From Candidatus Lambdaproteobacteria bacterium RIFOXYD2_FULL_50_16 (GTDB lineage: Bacteria > SAR324 > XYD2-FULL-50-16): a stretch of 64,000 bases of DNA. The position numbers were made by a program, and so were the translations under genes. The notes beneath the pieces are model-generated. The model did not search any database. It was given only the letters and a program-made list of their open reading frames with translations, and was not told the origin of the DNA. Of this stretch, positions 61,450-64,000 are shown piece after piece. Numbering within the stretch: position 1 is the first letter of the stretch; each line of letters begins with the position of its first letter. The stretch is taken from contig MFNE01000046.1 of the NCBI GenBank assembly GCA_001783695.1, positions 30,143 to 94,142 on the forward strand. Reading direction: 5' to 3'.

Positions 61450-61911
61450 ATGAAAAATCTAGTTAAACTCACCGCCGAAGAGCGACATTGGTTAGTACTG
61501 GCAGTAACCCATATTATTCTTGCCGAAGGAGCGGCAGAAAAAGTGGAAAAAGCCTATTTGAAAAAATTGTTGGATACGATCTTTAGTGGGGACACGAAAG
61601 AAATATTGGCTGAAATATCGGAACTTTTTCGCAGCAAAACCCTCCCTGCGCTCAAAAAAATACAAACCTCCGACCTCGACAATCTCGTGTACATGCTCGA
61701 CATCATTGCCTGCTCGGTGTTTGTTAACGGGAAAAAGCCCAAAAGCCAGACGGCGAAATACTTTGAGGCCGGTCAAGCACTTGGGGTCAATATCGGCACC
61801 TTGTCCTTCCGTTTAAGCTTAGAAGCCGAAAAATTTCGTGTAAATCGCAAGCTTGCTCAAATAAGAACAGATATCAAAGAAGACCGGCTAAGAACCTTGC
61901 AGGTTAAGTGA
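61450..61911 (+). CDS. TerB-like helical protein
   Basis: AAGGA RBS; W...A...IILAEG....E..YL and a second half-repeat VNG....Q......GQALG give a degenerate TerB pattern. Confidence 0.55.
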   Translation: MKNLVKLTAEERHWLVLAVTHIILAEGAAEKVEKAYLKKLLDTIFSGDTKEILAEISELFRSKTLPALKKIQTSDLDNLVYMLDIIACSVFVNGKKPKSQTAKYFEAGQALGVNIGTLSFRLSLEAEKFRVNRKLAQIRTDIKEDRLRTLQVK

Positions 61912-61972
61912 ATGGGGGGACTGCGCCCAAAGTCAACAGGTCTGAGGGATAAAAAAATTTAAAGGGAAAACC

Positions 61973-62656
61973 ATGTTCTTGAAAATTGTTGAGTCTGCCC
62001 CTTTGCTTTTTGGAGGGACCGTAATTTTGCCAGTAGTCGCAGGGCTTTTATCAGCATACGTCGGCTTCAAAAACCTGGAAAATAGCTACGAAACCAAGCA
62101 GCATCAAGAAAGAGTCGAAGACACTCAAGAACGTCACACCGCTCAAAATGAGGAAATCCTGAGAATACAACAGGAGCATCGCAAGGAGGTGCAAGAGTTC
62201 ATGGATCGACTTGAAAGAAACATGACCCTATTTCGGGAGTATGATAACAAGCTCCCACTCGGAGATCCCAAGAGCCCAATGATTCAGGCAATGATCTCAC
62301 AATATGAAACAATGAAGAACGTGCTTTATCAATCAAGTATGGGGACTACTGAGACAATCCAACTGGAACATTCACAACTAGCTCTCGATTTGGCTCAAAG
62401 ATTAAACCGTGCGATTGGAAGTTATGTTGAAACAATGACATCTGCGGGTGAAATGCTAACGATCAATTTTGGGGGCAATAAGTTTCTTGTTCTGTTCAAA
62501 GTGCCGATGCGGATTCCACCGAGGATCGAGATACTCGATATCCCCCCATCTATTAAATACGAACTTTCGCATATTTCAACGGCTGGCTTTGAAGTAGTTT
62601 TTCAAGGTCCTCAGAAAATAGAACACTTTGGATTCATGGCGAGCGCAGAATTGTAA
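61973..62656 (+). CDS. Hypothetical membrane-anchored coiled-coil protein with phage-tail-like C-terminal domain
   Basis: N-terminal TM, Q/E-rich coil and C-terminal FKVPMRIPPRI...STAGF...ASAEL; looks lower in GC than its neighbours. Confidence 0.7.
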   Translation: MFLKIVESAPLLFGGTVILPVVAGLLSAYVGFKNLENSYETKQHQERVEDTQERHTAQNEEILRIQQEHRKEVQEFMDRLERNMTLFREYDNKLPLGDPKSPMIQAMISQYETMKNVLYQSSMGTTETIQLEHSQLALDLAQRLNRAIGSYVETMTSAGEMLTINFGGNKFLVLFKVPMRIPPRIEILDIPPSIKYELSHISTAGFEVVFQGPQKIEHFGFMASAEL

Positions 62657-62658
62657 AC

Positions 62659-62844
62659 ATGAGTAACTTCAACTTACTAACCACCGAATGGCCAGACTTC
62701 TACGAGGCGGCGCTCAAAGCGGAGCGGGGTGTGTACAATCAGCCGCGCACGGCGGCGATGGAGGCCTGGTTCACCATTGAACTGGCTGTGAAGTGGCTTT
62801 CTGATCATGATTCATTTCTCAAATTATGTCCTAAAACTAGTTAA
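62659..62844 (+). pseudogene. hsdR: Truncated type I restriction enzyme R subunit (N-terminal DUF4145-like fragment)
   Basis: MSNF.LL..EWP..YEAA.KAE......PR.A...A...IELAV.W....D..LKL resembles the N-terminus of EcoAI-like HsdR; stops after 61 aa. Confidence 0.7.
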
Positions 62845-63716
62845 AGTTTGAAAAGCGACCCCGTTTCTTAGGTTGGTGTTAGCGAAAAAATACCTTAAAA
62901 CCAGAGGTCACAGTGGAACGATATCAACAAGAAACCCATGCAGGCAACCTTTTATCTCCATTTTCCACGCTCGACGGTCGGGAGGAGATGATCCAAAGGC
63001 GAATCCCGCTGGGCCTAGAAGCGGGCACTATCAGCGGTTTGTTCTGCGCCAGGCAGTTCACCGGGTGGGACATCCCCATTTACAATGTTAATCCGGCCAA
63101 GGGGGGCTGGACCGGAACCTAAAAAGCGCCATGCCAGGGTCCCCGCTCCCAAAGACCCTGACCCTTTTCCCACGGGAAAAACAGGCTAACTCCTTTGCTC
63201 GTGGGCCTCTTCAAGACCCCTGCACGGCAAAAACCATCTTATTTTGCTTTACAAATCAGGCGGAAATCCGGGGACACATCAAGACCACTGCATAGTTGAA
63301 GACCTTTCGATTTTTAGCTTTTCAGCCCGGTTTTTCGTCAAATTGTCGTCTTTGAGGGGCTGCTTTTCCCCGATTCTTACCGGAAAGTAGGGGATTTCGC
63401 CCTTTTTGGGCACAGTTATCCCCGTAAAAACACAAATTCACTGTTTTTTTACGTTGAAACCAAGTCTGCTGAACGCCCAAAGTTGAGCTTCCTTGAACCC
63501 AGATAGCTTGCTCTACCCAAACCGTAGTCTCGCTTTAGCCTCCCCCGCGCTTGATTTTGTAGCGGTAGCTTGAAATCAAAGGGTTCCTGGGTTGGCTCTA
63601 GAATGTCTAAAAAGTCGCAAAGAGCCGCTTTGGGGAGCCGTCCTAGACCGGAGTTGGGGATCAAAAAAAAAGATCGCAGCATTTTCCGAGAGGCTCTAGG
63701 GAAGGGGGCCCCTGAG

Positions 63717-64000
63717 TTATCGGGGTTTGGGGGCCTTTGGGGGCGCGGGGACTTCGGGGAGTTCGCAACTGATCAGATGGGTTTCGAGCGCCTCGTGGAT
63801 CCAGGCGCGCAAGGCCACGGCGTCCTGCACCTTCGTCCAGCTTTCGACAAAATCGGCCCGCTGCGCCAGTTTGGCGATGGCCGCCAGCACTTCTAGGTGC
63901 AACGCGCTTTGATCTAAGGTCGAAGCCAGCACGAAGAAAGCGATGGGATGGCTCCCCGGCTCCACCTCGACCCCTTGGTGGGCCCTACAGACGACCACCT
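63717..64000 (-). CDS. PTS EIIA (Fru/Ntr-type) domain protein, C-terminal part; runs off the window's right edge
   Basis: VVCR..QGV......PIAFFVLAS......HLEVLAAIAKL....F is a PTS_EIIA_2 C-terminal pattern. Confidence 0.65.
   Translation of the reverse strand, partial: VVVCRAHQGVEVEPGSHPIAFFVLASTLDQSALHLEVLAAIAKLAQRADFVESWTKVQDAVALRAWIHEALETHLISCELPEVPAPPKAPKPR

Noticed and set aside
63220-63295. Resemblance to a c-di-GMP-I (GEMM) riboswitch (GGCAAA...GGAAA...GGGACAC)
   Set aside because: P2 pairing and the GACGCAAAG/receptor elements do not fit, and no downstream gene is in the right orientation.
63450-63582. Recurrent TTGAA(A/C)(C/T)CA words suggesting a degenerate CRISPR array
   Set aside because: Only about 10 nt of similarity, irregular spacing and no cas genes.
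1-64000. CTAG does not look depleted, unlike in many proteobacteria
   Set aside because: An impression only; it needs an observed/expected tetranucleotide count that I cannot run.

Overview
This is a gene-dense bacterial chromosomal window of roughly 50% GC by eye. Protein features (TerB-like family, Wolinella/Desulfovibrio-type FrdCAB, divergent str-operon EF-G) suggest a delta-proteobacterial/SAR324-like lineage; this is an inference. From left to right it holds: a partial PIN-PhoH gene; a plant-type dapA; a receptor-less chemosensory operon (STAS-cheA-cheW-cheB-cheR-cheY, then a REC/PP2C/anti-sigma-kinase hybrid and a REC); pdxA-prmC-ispA; a LolB-like lipoprotein and lytic transglycosylase; the str-S10-spc-alpha ribosomal superoperon on the minus strand; frdCAB; ubiA-like-murA-tmk-holB; amino-acid and lipoprotein housekeeping genes; ppiD and unknown envelope genes; a selenocysteine-containing selD with a SECIS hairpin, co-oriented with an AmmeMemoRadiSam radical SAM gene; a LamG/YfhO pair; proC-serC-prfC; and a small island remnant with an hsdR fragment followed by about 870 nt with no convincing gene. 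The most notable points are the Che-to-partner-switching system, the absence of rplC from the S10 operon, an EF-G lacking the domain IV translocation loops, the Sec-SelD recoding and its radical SAM neighbour, FrdC lacking the E-pathway Glu and carrying a Met/His tail, and a Cys-to-Asp MurA. I saw no tRNA, rRNA, CRISPR array or intact mobile element.
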